Source: Candidatus Shapirobacteria bacterium
GTDB taxonomy: Bacteria > Patescibacteriota > Microgenomatia > UBA12405
Reading direction: 5' to 3'
Assembly (NCBI GenBank): GCA_022837635.1
Contig: JALHFY010000001.1
Coordinates: 23,562 to 87,561 of the forward strand
Length of the DNA stretch: 64,000 bases
In this document: one piece after another, positions 9,257 through 18,519 of the stretch
Layout: each line of letters begins with the position of its first letter
Numbering within the stretch: position 1 is the first letter of the stretch
Translations under genes and position numbers: made by a program
Notes under the pieces: model-generated
Databases searched by the model: none
Seen by the model: only the letters and a program-made list of their open reading frames with translations
What the model was told of the DNA's origin: nothing

Positions 9257-9853
9257 TTAAAGTTCTTTGGTAACTTGTAAAAAATCCAGTTCCACCGGAG
9301 TTTCTCTTTCAAAAAAGGACACTAAGACACGAAGTTTACCTTTTTTCTGGTCGATAGAGTCAATAGTACCAATGAAGTCGGCAAAGGGACCATTGGTGAT
9401 TTTGACAACATCGCCCAGAGAGAAGGGGGTTTGGTATTTAGGTTTGTCTTCTTGGGTGGTTTTAATGATATTGTCAACTTCCTTTTGGGAAATAGGAGTG
9501 GGTTTAGAACCGATACCGACAAAACCGGTGACACCTTGGGTAGTACGGACAGTAACCCAAGAATCATCAGTGACGATCATTTGGATTAGGACATAGCCAG
9601 GGAAGGTTTTTTCTTGAGTTTTGACTTTATTACCGCGGCGAATCACCATTTTGGATTGGATAGGGACAATGGCTTGAAAAATGTAGTTTTCGAGGCCCAT
9701 GGTTTTGATACGAGTTTTAAGAGCGTCAATAACTTTGTATTCGTGGCCGGAATAAGTATTGATGACATACCAAGCGGCATCAAGACTAGGTTCTTGTGAA
9801 GAGAGTTTAAATAAAAATTCTTTGCGTTTAGTTTTAGTGGAGTTATTGGGCAT
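9257..9853 (-). CDS. nusG: Transcription antiterminator NusG
   Basis: NGN domain followed by a KOW motif (GDVVKITNGPFADFIGTI). Confidence 0.9.
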   Translation of the reverse strand: MPNNSTKTKRKEFLFKLSSQEPSLDAAWYVINTYSGHEYKVIDALKTRIKTMGLENYIFQAIVPIQSKMVIRRGNKVKTQEKTFPGYVLIQMIVTDDSWVTVRTTQGVTGFVGIGSKPTPISQKEVDNIIKTTQEDKPKYQTPFSLGDVVKITNGPFADFIGTIDSIDQKKGKLRVLVSFFERETPVELDFLQVTKEL

Positions 9854-9855
9854 AT

Positions 9856-10089
9856 TTATTTGTTAGCCAGGGCGATTACCTGAGTGAATAAAAGGTCAAA
9901 TCCCCCTAAGATTAGGGAAACAATAACAGAAATGAATATTACCACAATCGTTAATTGAATTATAGAGTCGCGTTTGGGCCAGGCAATTTGTTTAAATTCT
10001 GCCTTGACTTCTCGGAAAAATTTAATGATTTTTTGCATCAGGGTATTATAGTATAGGTCAAAAATGAATTCCAGGTCCAGTTTAAGCAA
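9856..10089 (-). CDS. secE: Preprotein translocase subunit SecE
   Basis: Small protein with one transmembrane segment, located immediately upstream of nusG. Confidence 0.8.
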   Translation of the reverse strand: MLKLDLEFIFDLYYNTLMQKIIKFFREVKAEFKQIAWPKRDSIIQLTIVVIFISVIVSLILGGFDLLFTQVIALANK

Positions 10090-10106
10090 AGACTGGTATT
10101 TTGTAA

Positions 10107-10127
10107 ATGTACATTTATAATGTACAT
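10107..10127. promoter_or_regulatory. Perfect 21-bp palindrome atgtacatttataatgtacat, a putative TA operator overlapping a TATAAT box
   Basis: Read directly. It sits immediately 5' of the antitoxin ATG at 10128. Confidence 0.5.
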
Positions 10128-10373
10128 ATGAATATTATCAGCAGTACTAAGTTAAGAAATAATTTATCAGCAGCTTTTAAGAAGGTAAGTGGAGATAAAT
10201 ATTTATTGGTATCACATCGGGGAAAGATTAAATCGGCGATTGTAGACATTGATATGTTGGAGGATGTTTTGGAATTATCAGATAGTAAATATCTAAAAAG
10301 TATTCGTGAAGCGCGGGAACAATATAAAAGAGGGGAATACTATACTTTTGAAGAGGTATTTGGCAATATATAA
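10107..10373 (+). CDS. Phd/YefM-family antitoxin. The likely true start is the ATG at 10128
   Basis: MNIISSTKLRNNL... matches the YefM-type N-terminus. It is followed by a toxin gene 2 nt downstream. Confidence 0.6.
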   Translation: MYIYNVHMNIISSTKLRNNLSAAFKKVSGDKYLLVSHRGKIKSAIVDIDMLEDVLELSDSKYLKSIREAREQYKRGEYYTFEEVFGNI

Positions 10374-10375
10374 AT

Positions 10376-10600
10376 GTGAATTATGTAATATTACTAACTA
10401 AAAATGCGAAGAGGGATATAGAAAAGTTGGATGGAGTTTTACAGAGAAGAATTGCTAAAAAATTGATTTATCTAAAAAAGGATCTAATTCGTTTATCAAA
10501 GGCTTTGATTGATTTTGAACAGGGTCAATATCGATTTCGGGTGGGTGATTTTAGTAATACACAGAATTAGACATCGGCGGGAAGTTTATAAAATTTGATA
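10376..10600 (+). pseudogene. RelE/ParE-family toxin inactivated by a frameshift (GTG start)
   Basis: N-terminus LTKNAKRDIEKLD..RFRVGDF, then a stop. The +1 frame continues ...IRHRREVYKI, which is the typical RelE C-terminus. Confidence 0.5.
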
Positions 10601-10623
10601 TAGATTTACCCAGAAAGTGGTAT

Positions 10624-10678
10624 TTGACAAACGCTAAGGGTGGTGGGTATGATGTACGGGAAACACTAAACCTAGTGT
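10624..10678 (+). promoter_or_regulatory. Sigma70-like promoter (TTGACA, 18 nt, TATGAT) followed by a candidate NrdR box acactaaacctagtgt (10663-10678)
   Basis: Read from sequence. A 16-bp palindrome lies between the promoter and nrdR. Confidence 0.4.
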
Positions 10679-10732
10679 TTGAGTAAAAATGACCATAAAT
10701 TCAATAAAAATTGTTAAAAAAGGAGAACAATA

Positions 10733-11182
10733 ATGCTGTGTCCCTATTGTGCTTTTGATGAGTCTAATGTTTTGGAATCCAGAGGGGCTTTGGATGGTAA
10801 GGCAACTAGGCGACGACGGGAGTGCTTAAAATGTAAAAAACGTTTTACCACCTATGAGCGGATTGAAAATATAGAACTTAAAGTAATTAAAAAGGATGGT
10901 CGGATTGAAGATTATTCTCGGGAAAAATTGGACCGTTGTTTTGAGAAAGCTTGTTGGAAATTAAGTCCAGAGGAGAGGGCAGAAATAATTGATGAAATTG
11001 AAAGAAAACTCTTAAATTGGAAAAGTGTAGAAATTCCTTCTAAAGAGATTGGTAAATTGGTGATGAACAAGTTGCGAGATATTGATCCGGTGGCTTATAT
11101 CCGTTTTGCAACGATTTATCAGGATATTAAAAATGTAAAAGAATTTGAGATTTTGCTTAAAAATTATCAGAAGAAAAAATAA
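10733..11182 (+). CDS. nrdR: Transcriptional repressor NrdR
   Basis: N-terminal zinc ribbon CPYC...CLKC plus an ATP-cone. Located upstream of the RNR gene. Confidence 0.85.
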   Translation: MLCPYCAFDESNVLESRGALDGKATRRRRECLKCKKRFTTYERIENIELKVIKKDGRIEDYSREKLDRCFEKACWKLSPEERAEIIDEIERKLLNWKSVEIPSKEIGKLVMNKLRDIDPVAYIRFATIYQDIKNVKEFEILLKNYQKKK

Positions 11183-13671
11183 TGGACGAAATTAATCAAA
11201 GAGCCAAAAAAATAGACAAGGATTTAAGGGTACCACAATTGTCGGAAAATGCCCGATATATTGCGGAAACTAGATATGCGATTAAAAATGAGGTAGGACA
11301 GAGTACTGAAAAAGTAGAGGATATTTTTTGGCGGGTGGCTAGTAGTGTGGCTAGAGGCGATAAAAAGTCAGAAACGGAAATGGATAAAACAGCCAGAGCT
11401 TTTTATGAGGTTATGGCTGAGCAGAAGTTTTTGCCAAATACACCTTGTTTTGTGAATGCTGGTAGACAAAGGCAACAGTTGTCAGCTTGTTTTGTATTGC
11501 CAATTGATGACTCAATGGATTCAATTTTGGAGACATTGACTCATATGGCTCAGATTCATAAAAGTGGTGGAGGAACAGGTTTTTCTTTTACCAGATTAAG
11601 ACCGGCTGGAGATTATATTAAAAGTAGTGGGGGGACGACAGCTGGACCAGTGAGTTTTATGCAGGCTTACAATGATGTAACGGGACAGGTGAAACAGGGA
11701 GGAGTTAGACGAGGAGCTAATATGGGAATGTTATCGATTGATCACCCAGATGTATTGCGTTTTGCAGTGGTTAAATTGGATGAGTATTCGTTGACCAATT
11801 TTAATATTTCTTTGGCAGTAACTAATGCTTTTATGGAGAGAGTGGACAAAGACAAGGCTTTTGTGGAGGATGAATCTATTCCTGAGGAAATAGTGGAAAA
11901 GATTAGAATAGCTGAAGGCAATCGGGATGTGGATGCCAAATTGAGAGAAATGGAGGCGGAAATTGCCAAACTTTATGATTGGGCAGAAGCGACTAAGGAA
12001 GGAGAGGGTTACGAATTGATTAATCCTCGAGACGGAAGTGTGACTACGAAATTAAATGCTTATAAAGTGTTTAATTTGGTGACTAGATTGGCGTGGCAAT
12101 ATGGTGATCCGGGATTGGTATTTATTGACAGGATGAATGAGCCTAGTTCAAATCCAGTGCCTCATTTGGGTAGAATTGAAGCGACGAATCCTTGTGGGGA
12201 ACAACCATTATTGCCTTATGATGCTTGTAATCTAGGGAGTATAAATTTGTCTAGATTTGTAAAAGATGAAGATTTAGACTGGGATGAGTTGAGAAGGGTG
12301 GTTCATGAGGCGGTACATTTTTTGGATAATGTGGTGGAGATTAATGAGTTTCCGGTACCACAAATTAGAGAAATGGTTTCCAAGACTAGAAGAATTGGAT
12401 TAGGGATTATGGGTTTTGCGGATATGCTTTTCAAACTGAAAGTGACCTATGATTCGGAGGAAGCTCTGATTTGGGCAGAAAAAGTAATGAAATTTATTTC
12501 TGATGAGGCCAAGATGGCGACACAAGCTTTGGCAGTCGAAAGAGGTACTTTTCCGGAATGGGAAAGGAGTGTTTTTGGAAAAACAAATTATCGACCGCGA
12601 AATATGGCTCTGACGACAATTGCGCCGACAGGAACTATTTCCATGATTGCGGATGCCAGTTCAGGGATTGAACCCTTGTTTTCTTTGGGATATCAGAAAA
12701 ATACAGTTGAGGGTAAGACTTTATACATCATGAATCCGATTTTTGTGAAGACCTTGAAAGAAAGAGAAATTTATAGTGAGGAGTTGATGGATAAGGTTGT
12801 CAAAAATGGTGGTAAGCTAAGTGGAATTGAGGAAGTTCCAGAGGATTTGAAAAAGATTTTTAGGACAGCTTTAGAAATTAGTCCCGAGTGGCATATAAAA
12901 GTTCAGGCGGCTTTTCAGAAATATGTGGACAACGCGGTTAGTAAAACGATTAATTTTCCTAAAGAAGCAACAGTGGAGGAAGTGAGGACAGCGTATAGAC
13001 TGGCTTATTCTTTGGGGACTAAGGGAATAACTATATACAGAAGTGGTAGTCGAGAAAAGGAAGTAATACAGGAAGTGAAAGATCAGAAAACAGATACTAG
13101 AAATGAGAAACAAGAGATAAAAGCTGTTAAAAAAAGGACGCCGGATGCGGCTAGAGGAGTAAGATTACGCAAGGCTTGTGACGTGGGTAAAGTGTATACT
13201 TCGGTATTTTTTGAGGAAGGTGATGGACCGGTGGAGGTGTTTGTAAATTTGGGTAAATCGGGTGGTTATTTGGCTGGATCGGCGGAGATAACTGGCCGCT
13301 TGGCATCACTAGCTCTCAAGTATGGGGCTAATTTGGAAGAGGTGGCAGATGAGTTGGTAGGGATTTCTTGTGGACAAAGAGTCGGTTTTGGTAATGGAGC
13401 TATTTTGAGTATGTTTGATGCTGTTGGGAAAACTTTATTAGAGATATCAAAAGGAGAACAATTGGATTTATTTGAAGGAGAGAAGCATAAATTAGAGATG
13501 CCAGTGAAGGAAAAAAGTCAGATTGAAGAGGTGATGGCGGAGATTAAAAGTAAACAGACGAGTGAGGAAAGTGCTTTTAGCAGTTGTCCGGATTGTGGTA
13601 GTCCTTTGTATGCAGAGGAAGGATGTTTTAAGTGCAGTAACAGTTATTGTGGGTATAGCAAATGCAGTTAA
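11182..13671 (+). CDS. nrdJ: Class II (adenosylcobalamin-dependent) ribonucleotide reductase
   Basis: Motifs include NPCGEQPL and LSACFVLPIDDSMDSI. A C-terminal zinc ribbon is present. Confidence 0.85.
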   Translation: MDEINQRAKKIDKDLRVPQLSENARYIAETRYAIKNEVGQSTEKVEDIFWRVASSVARGDKKSETEMDKTARAFYEVMAEQKFLPNTPCFVNAGRQRQQLSACFVLPIDDSMDSILETLTHMAQIHKSGGGTGFSFTRLRPAGDYIKSSGGTTAGPVSFMQAYNDVTGQVKQGGVRRGANMGMLSIDHPDVLRFAVVKLDEYSLTNFNISLAVTNAFMERVDKDKAFVEDESIPEEIVEKIRIAEGNRDVDAKLREMEAEIAKLYDWAEATKEGEGYELINPRDGSVTTKLNAYKVFNLVTRLAWQYGDPGLVFIDRMNEPSSNPVPHLGRIEATNPCGEQPLLPYDACNLGSINLSRFVKDEDLDWDELRRVVHEAVHFLDNVVEINEFPVPQIREMVSKTRRIGLGIMGFADMLFKLKVTYDSEEALIWAEKVMKFISDEAKMATQALAVERGTFPEWERSVFGKTNYRPRNMALTTIAPTGTISMIADASSGIEPLFSLGYQKNTVEGKTLYIMNPIFVKTLKEREIYSEELMDKVVKNGGKLSGIEEVPEDLKKIFRTALEISPEWHIKVQAAFQKYVDNAVSKTINFPKEATVEEVRTAYRLAYSLGTKGITIYRSGSREKEVIQEVKDQKTDTRNEKQEIKAVKKRTPDAARGVRLRKACDVGKVYTSVFFEEGDGPVEVFVNLGKSGGYLAGSAEITGRLASLALKYGANLEEVADELVGISCGQRVGFGNGAILSMFDAVGKTLLEISKGEQLDLFEGEKHKLEMPVKEKSQIEEVMAEIKSKQTSEESAFSSCPDCGSPLYAEEGCFKCSNSYCGYSKCS

Positions 13672-13733
13672 TCATTCGTCAAATTAAATTTACGATGGAT
13701 TGCGCGCGGAAAATTTATTTGACTCATTAGTAA

Positions 13734-14198
13734 ATGAATATGTCAATTGTGAGTAAGAAAGGAGATCGAGGGGAGACTTGGTATTTTGATAAAAGAGTGA
13801 GGAAGGATTCGGAGTTGATGGAAGCGGTAGGGAGTTTGGATGAATTGCAGGCGATTTGTGGGCTGGTTAAGTTAGAAAAAATACAAAAAGATTTATATGA
13901 AATAATGGCGAACTTAGACAAAGAAACTAGAAACAAGAAACTAGAAACCAGAATAAGGGAGATAGAGAAGGAGATAGAGATGATGGAGAAAAAGATAAAG
14001 GTGCCGAGGGAATTTGTGATTTTCAAAAAAGAGAAGGCGGTCAAGTTAAATTGGGTGAGAACGGTGGTGAGGAGAGCGGAGAGAATGATAATGAAACTAG
14101 AAACTAGAAACCAGAAACCAGATAAAGGTGTAATGATTTATTTAAATAGACTGTCCGATTTTATTTATTTAAGAGCTTTACAAGAAGAATTAAAATAA
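13734..14198 (+). CDS. PduO-type ATP:cob(I)alamin adenosyltransferase
   Basis: GDRGET...EAVGSLDEL at the N-terminus and VRTVVRRAERM...YLNRLSDFIYL at the C-terminus. The gene contains two CYAGAAA heptamer tracts. Confidence 0.65.
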   Translation: MNMSIVSKKGDRGETWYFDKRVRKDSELMEAVGSLDELQAICGLVKLEKIQKDLYEIMANLDKETRNKKLETRIREIEKEIEMMEKKIKVPREFVIFKKEKAVKLNWVRTVVRRAERMIMKLETRNQKPDKGVMIYLNRLSDFIYLRALQEELK

Positions 14199-14272
14199 AT
14201 TGGAATCAGGTGTAAGTCCTGAGCAGTGCCGCTACGGTAACAGCCCGAGCGAGAAAGCTTTCGAGCAAAAGT

Positions 14273-15118
14273 ATGAACAATAAAGAAAATTTTAAGCCTT
14301 ATTATGATATTAATCTACATAGTCATGAGGTGGTTGCCAGAGTGTTTCAAGAAGAAAGAAAAGGAGTGGGATTGGAATTGCGGATTGTTCATGCCGAAAA
14401 TTATGAAGAAAGTCGAATAAAGACTGATGATTGGGAATATAATCTCCATTCGGGAGCAGAAAAAAAAGCGACTCAAAATGTGTTTGAGTTATTGAGACAG
14501 GGTGCTCAAATGGTGATTTGGATTAGTCCACCCAGTGAAGTTTATGAAGAAGGGAGACTAAATGTAATGTTGAAAGGAGAGAAAGAGGGAGAATTGTTTT
14601 TCGATCCATACGGGTTACCATTGGATTTAAACAGAGAGGAGAGTTTGGAATTGGGACAGAGATTATGGAGAATGGAGGGTAAAAGTTTAGTTGCGCCATC
14701 AGATATAGAGATTTTACGGGAACAACCGATTGGTTTTTATCTGAGAGATAAAAATTGGTTGCAAAAGTGTCGGGAATTAATGCCAGAAATGGAATGGGCC
14801 TGGAAAACAATTGAGACGGGAAAGGTGGAGGAAAATATGAAAATAATTGCCGGTGAAGTGAAAGAAGCTAGACAAAAAGCTGGCGGAGATAATTATTTAT
14901 TTGAGGCGATAATGGCTAGAAATGGGTATTATTTGAACGTATCAGGAAGTCATGGAGGTTCGTGGTTGAGTCAGGAATTAGTCAGAAGTACACAGGGTAT
15001 AATCGCCTTTGATATAAATGGAAGAATAGAATATCGATTAGGAAGAACTGAGGGTTTACATTACTGCGAACGTTGTGGTTGTTGGTACAGTGGTGAAAAA
15101 TGTCCGGTCTGTAAATGA
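14273..15118 (+). CDS. Hypothetical protein with a C-terminal zinc ribbon (CERCGC...CPVC)
   Basis: No recognisable family. Confidence 0.4.
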   Translation: MNNKENFKPYYDINLHSHEVVARVFQEERKGVGLELRIVHAENYEESRIKTDDWEYNLHSGAEKKATQNVFELLRQGAQMVIWISPPSEVYEEGRLNVMLKGEKEGELFFDPYGLPLDLNREESLELGQRLWRMEGKSLVAPSDIEILREQPIGFYLRDKNWLQKCRELMPEMEWAWKTIETGKVEENMKIIAGEVKEARQKAGGDNYLFEAIMARNGYYLNVSGSHGGSWLSQELVRSTQGIIAFDINGRIEYRLGRTEGLHYCERCGCWYSGEKCPVCK

Positions 15119-15144
15119 GGAAATAATAGGTTTATAATGAAATT

Positions 15145-15858
15145 ATGAAAAAAACATGGTCGTGGATAGTTCTTATTGTTGTATTATTAATTTTTTTACC
15201 AAAGGTAAATTGGGGTAGGATAAGTCTGTTGCCGGTGGAAACAGTGACAGTTAATGGGGAGGCTAAAAGTCAACAAAAAAATGAAATAGCCACTTTTACG
15301 GCTGGAGTGGAAGTGGTCAGTTCGGTTAAAGAAGAGGCAGTGACAGAGGTGAATGAGAAAATCGCTGAATTAACTAAAGCGATAAAAGACTTTGGCATTA
15401 CCGAAGCAGATATCAAGACACAAAATATCTCTATTTATCAGCAAGAAGATTCTTATTGGGATGGTGGAGTCCAAAAAAGTCGCAAAGGTTTGTGGCGGGT
15501 AAATAATTCAATAGAGATAGTGCTGAGAGATGTGACTAGAGTGAATGATTTTGCAGACCTATTAAATAAAAGTGCGGCCAACAATGTTTATGGACCTAAT
15601 TTTGCTATGAGTGATGTGAACGAGGTTGAGAAAAGTCTCTATGAGGGGGCGATGGAAGATGCTAAAGAAAAGGCAGCCACAATTGCCAGATATTCAGGGC
15701 GGAGAATTGGTAAGGTTATCAGTGTCAATGAAACATCTGGTAGTCAGATGATGCCAGTATATATGAAAAGTGTCATGTTGGATGCTGGAGGTGCCGGAGT
15801 TGAGCCGGGTAGCAGTACGGTCTATAAAGGTCTGACAGTGGTGTTTGAATTGAAATAA
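15145..15858 (+). CDS. SIMPL/DUF541-family secreted protein
   Basis: N-terminal transmembrane or signal segment and a DUF541-like body. Confidence 0.5.
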   Translation: MKKTWSWIVLIVVLLIFLPKVNWGRISLLPVETVTVNGEAKSQQKNEIATFTAGVEVVSSVKEEAVTEVNEKIAELTKAIKDFGITEADIKTQNISIYQQEDSYWDGGVQKSRKGLWRVNNSIEIVLRDVTRVNDFADLLNKSAANNVYGPNFAMSDVNEVEKSLYEGAMEDAKEKAATIARYSGRRIGKVISVNETSGSQMMPVYMKSVMLDAGGAGVEPGSSTVYKGLTVVFELK

Positions 15859-15935
15859 ACTCAAATAAACCGCAATTTGAATTTTTGATATAGATGAGAT
15901 TGTTGAGTTAAGGTGTACTTTGGTTAGAATAGGGC

Positions 15936-16700
15936 ATGATAAAAGAAAGCAGGCTTAGAGTTCATTTACTTGATAGTTATAAAGATCCGGATGCGATAGC
16001 AGCGATTGCTATTCGTCGATGTTATAGCAATGATTCGTACGAAGAATTAATAGAGAAAATTAGTCCTGAGAAGAGAAAACAATTAGTGGCTCAGGTTGGA
16101 GCCAGTGGTCATACCTCGACTTTGGAACATCAAATGTTTACTTTTGCAGTAGAAGGTTTGAGTAGAATTGCAGAAACCCAATTAGTTAGGAAAAGGGTGG
16201 GAGCCAGTTATTCGATTAGGTCTGGTCGATATGTAAACATGACAGAGGCTGAGTACGTGATTCCTGAATCGATTAAGAATAGTTCGTTATTACCTCAATA
16301 TAGGGAACATTTGGAATCAGTGCAAAAGATGTATAAAGAATTAACTGACTCAGGCATTCCCGAAGAGGATGCACGTTTTATTCAGCCACAATCTTTAGCG
16401 ACAAAATTAGTTGTTTCCATGTCTGGTTTGGCACTAATGCAGTTTTTAGAAAAAAGAGAGTGTACTAGAGCACAATGGGAAATTAGAAAAATGGCTACAG
16501 AGATGCATAAATTGGCAAAAGAAGTGTCACCTGTAGTTTTTGATAATGCGGGACCTACCTGTAAAACACAAGGTATCTGTTGGGAAGGGAAGAGGAGTTG
16601 TGGTTTATGGAAGCAGATTGAGGGAGCGACATTAAAAATACGTCAAAAGCATCTATTTAAGGGGGGTGCTGGTGGTGATTTGAAATTCATTGATGAGTAG
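15936..16700 (+). CDS. thyX: FAD-dependent thymidylate synthase ThyX
   Basis: HTSTLEHQMFTFAVEGLSRIAETQLVRKRVGASYSIRSGRYV is the ThyX signature region. The usual RHR is RKR here. Confidence 0.75.
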   Translation: MIKESRLRVHLLDSYKDPDAIAAIAIRRCYSNDSYEELIEKISPEKRKQLVAQVGASGHTSTLEHQMFTFAVEGLSRIAETQLVRKRVGASYSIRSGRYVNMTEAEYVIPESIKNSSLLPQYREHLESVQKMYKELTDSGIPEEDARFIQPQSLATKLVVSMSGLALMQFLEKRECTRAQWEIRKMATEMHKLAKEVSPVVFDNAGPTCKTQGICWEGKRSCGLWKQIEGATLKIRQKHLFKGGAGGDLKFIDE

Positions 16701-17310
16701 TGAAAGAGGGAAACTGATTGTTTTTGAAGGGGTGGGGGGATGTGGTAAAGGAACTCAGGTGGAAATGTTAAGACAAGCACTGACAGAGAGAGGTAAAAAA
16801 GTATTGGTAACTTGTGAACATACCAGAGATACTCCAATAGGAAGATTAATTGAAGAGACGATTAAGAAAAAAAATGAGGGAATGGATCCGGATGCGCTGC
16901 AGGTGGCTTTTATTTCTGACAGAATCAATCACACTAACAGAGTGATTGTGCCAGCTTTGGAAAGTCATGATTTTGTCTTAGCTGATCGTTATGAGGCTTC
17001 AACTATTAGTTATGTGAGAGCTGATAAAAGACAGACGATATTTGATTTTCAAAGAAATATGGGAACAAGAGTAGCTGATTTGACTTTAATTATTGATTTA
17101 GATTTAAAAGAGGCAGTTAAGAGAGTATATGGACGTGGGGATCAGGATATTTTTGATAATATAGAAAAGTTTAGGAAGGTAAGGAAGGGTTATGAATGGT
17201 ATACACAAATGAGTCAAGGAGAGGTGGTTTGGGTGGATGGAAACGGTAGTCGAGAAGAGGTGCATGGACGAGTAATGGAGGAAATAGTGAGTCGAGGGTG
17301 GTTGAGGTAA
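16690..17310 (+). CDS. tmk: Thymidylate kinase
   Basis: P-loop FEGVGGCGKGTQ and LID region. The start overlaps the end of thyX. Confidence 0.7.
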   Translation: MMSSERGKLIVFEGVGGCGKGTQVEMLRQALTERGKKVLVTCEHTRDTPIGRLIEETIKKKNEGMDPDALQVAFISDRINHTNRVIVPALESHDFVLADRYEASTISYVRADKRQTIFDFQRNMGTRVADLTLIIDLDLKEAVKRVYGRGDQDIFDNIEKFRKVRKGYEWYTQMSQGEVVWVDGNGSREEVHGRVMEEIVSRGWLR

Positions 17311-17318
17311 AATAAGTT

Positions 17319-18482
17319 ATGGATAAAATATTTGATTTAATTTCTCAGGAAGATAAATATCAACAAGAGGCGATTAGATTGATTCCCAGCGAGAATTTTA
17401 TCAGTGAAGAGGTAAAGAAGGCTTTGGGTAGTAATTTATCCAATAAATATGCTGAAGGTTATCCGGGGAGGCGCTATTATCAGGGCAATAAATACATTGA
17501 TGAAATTGAAAATTTGGCTATAGAAAGGGGTAAAAAGTTGTTTGGGGTGGAGCATATGAATGTACAGGCTTATTCCGGTAGTCCGGCTAATGTGGCGGTA
17601 CTTTTGGCGCTATTAAAGCCGGGTGACAAGATATGCGGGATGAGATTAGCCGATGGGGGACATTTAACTCATGGACATCCGGGAATTACTTTTTCAGGCA
17701 AATACTTTGAAAGTATTCAATATGGAGTTAATCAGGAAGGGAAAATAGATTATGAGGCAGTGGCAGAGATGCTTAAACAGGAAAAACCACAGTTAATTTT
17801 TTGCGGAGGGAGTGCTTATCCTTGGAAAATCAATTGGCAGAGATTTTCTGAGATTGCTAGCAGTGTTAATGCGTATTTGATAGCTGATATTGCCCATATT
17901 GCGGGTTTAATTGCCGGAGGAGTACATGAGAGTCCTGTAAATTATGTGGACATAATTACCTCTACGACACATAAAACTCTGAGAGGTCCCAGAGGAGCTT
18001 TTATCGGAGTGACGAAAAGAGGGATAAAAATAGCTGAGATGAAAGGTGACGGTGAGTTAAATAAAAAAATCGATAAGGCGGTTTTCCCGGGTTTACAGGG
18101 GGGACCGCATATGAATGCGATTGCGGCTATGGCGGTGGCTTTTGAAGAAGCCAGCCGACCGGAGTTTAAGGAATATGCGCAGGCAGTGGTGGAGAATGCA
18201 AAGGTATTAGCAGAAAGCTTAAAAGCGGCAGGAATCAGAGTTTTTGGAACAGAAAATCATTTGATGTTGGTGGATTGTGGAGTGGGGAGAGGGAAGGAAG
18301 TGGCGGTGAAGTTGGAAAATGAGGGCATAATTGTGAATGCCAATATGATTCCCAGGGATCAAGGTAGCCCGATGAAGCCCTCGGGAATCAGGGTGGGTAG
18401 CCCGGCGATGACTACCAAGGGTTGGGGAAAAAAGGAATTTGAAGAAGTGGGTAAGAGAATTGCGAAGGTAATAAAATCGTAA
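17319..18482 (+). CDS. glyA: Serine hydroxymethyltransferase
   Basis: Motif TSTTHKTLRGPRG with the PLP-binding lysine. Confidence 0.9.
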   Translation: MDKIFDLISQEDKYQQEAIRLIPSENFISEEVKKALGSNLSNKYAEGYPGRRYYQGNKYIDEIENLAIERGKKLFGVEHMNVQAYSGSPANVAVLLALLKPGDKICGMRLADGGHLTHGHPGITFSGKYFESIQYGVNQEGKIDYEAVAEMLKQEKPQLIFCGGSAYPWKINWQRFSEIASSVNAYLIADIAHIAGLIAGGVHESPVNYVDIITSTTHKTLRGPRGAFIGVTKRGIKIAEMKGDGELNKKIDKAVFPGLQGGPHMNAIAAMAVAFEEASRPEFKEYAQAVVENAKVLAESLKAAGIRVFGTENHLMLVDCGVGRGKEVAVKLENEGIIVNANMIPRDQGSPMKPSGIRVGSPAMTTKGWGKKEFEEVGKRIAKVIKS

Positions 18483-18519
18483 TTTTTGTTACAATTATGT
18501 GTGATATTAAGAGAGAGAA

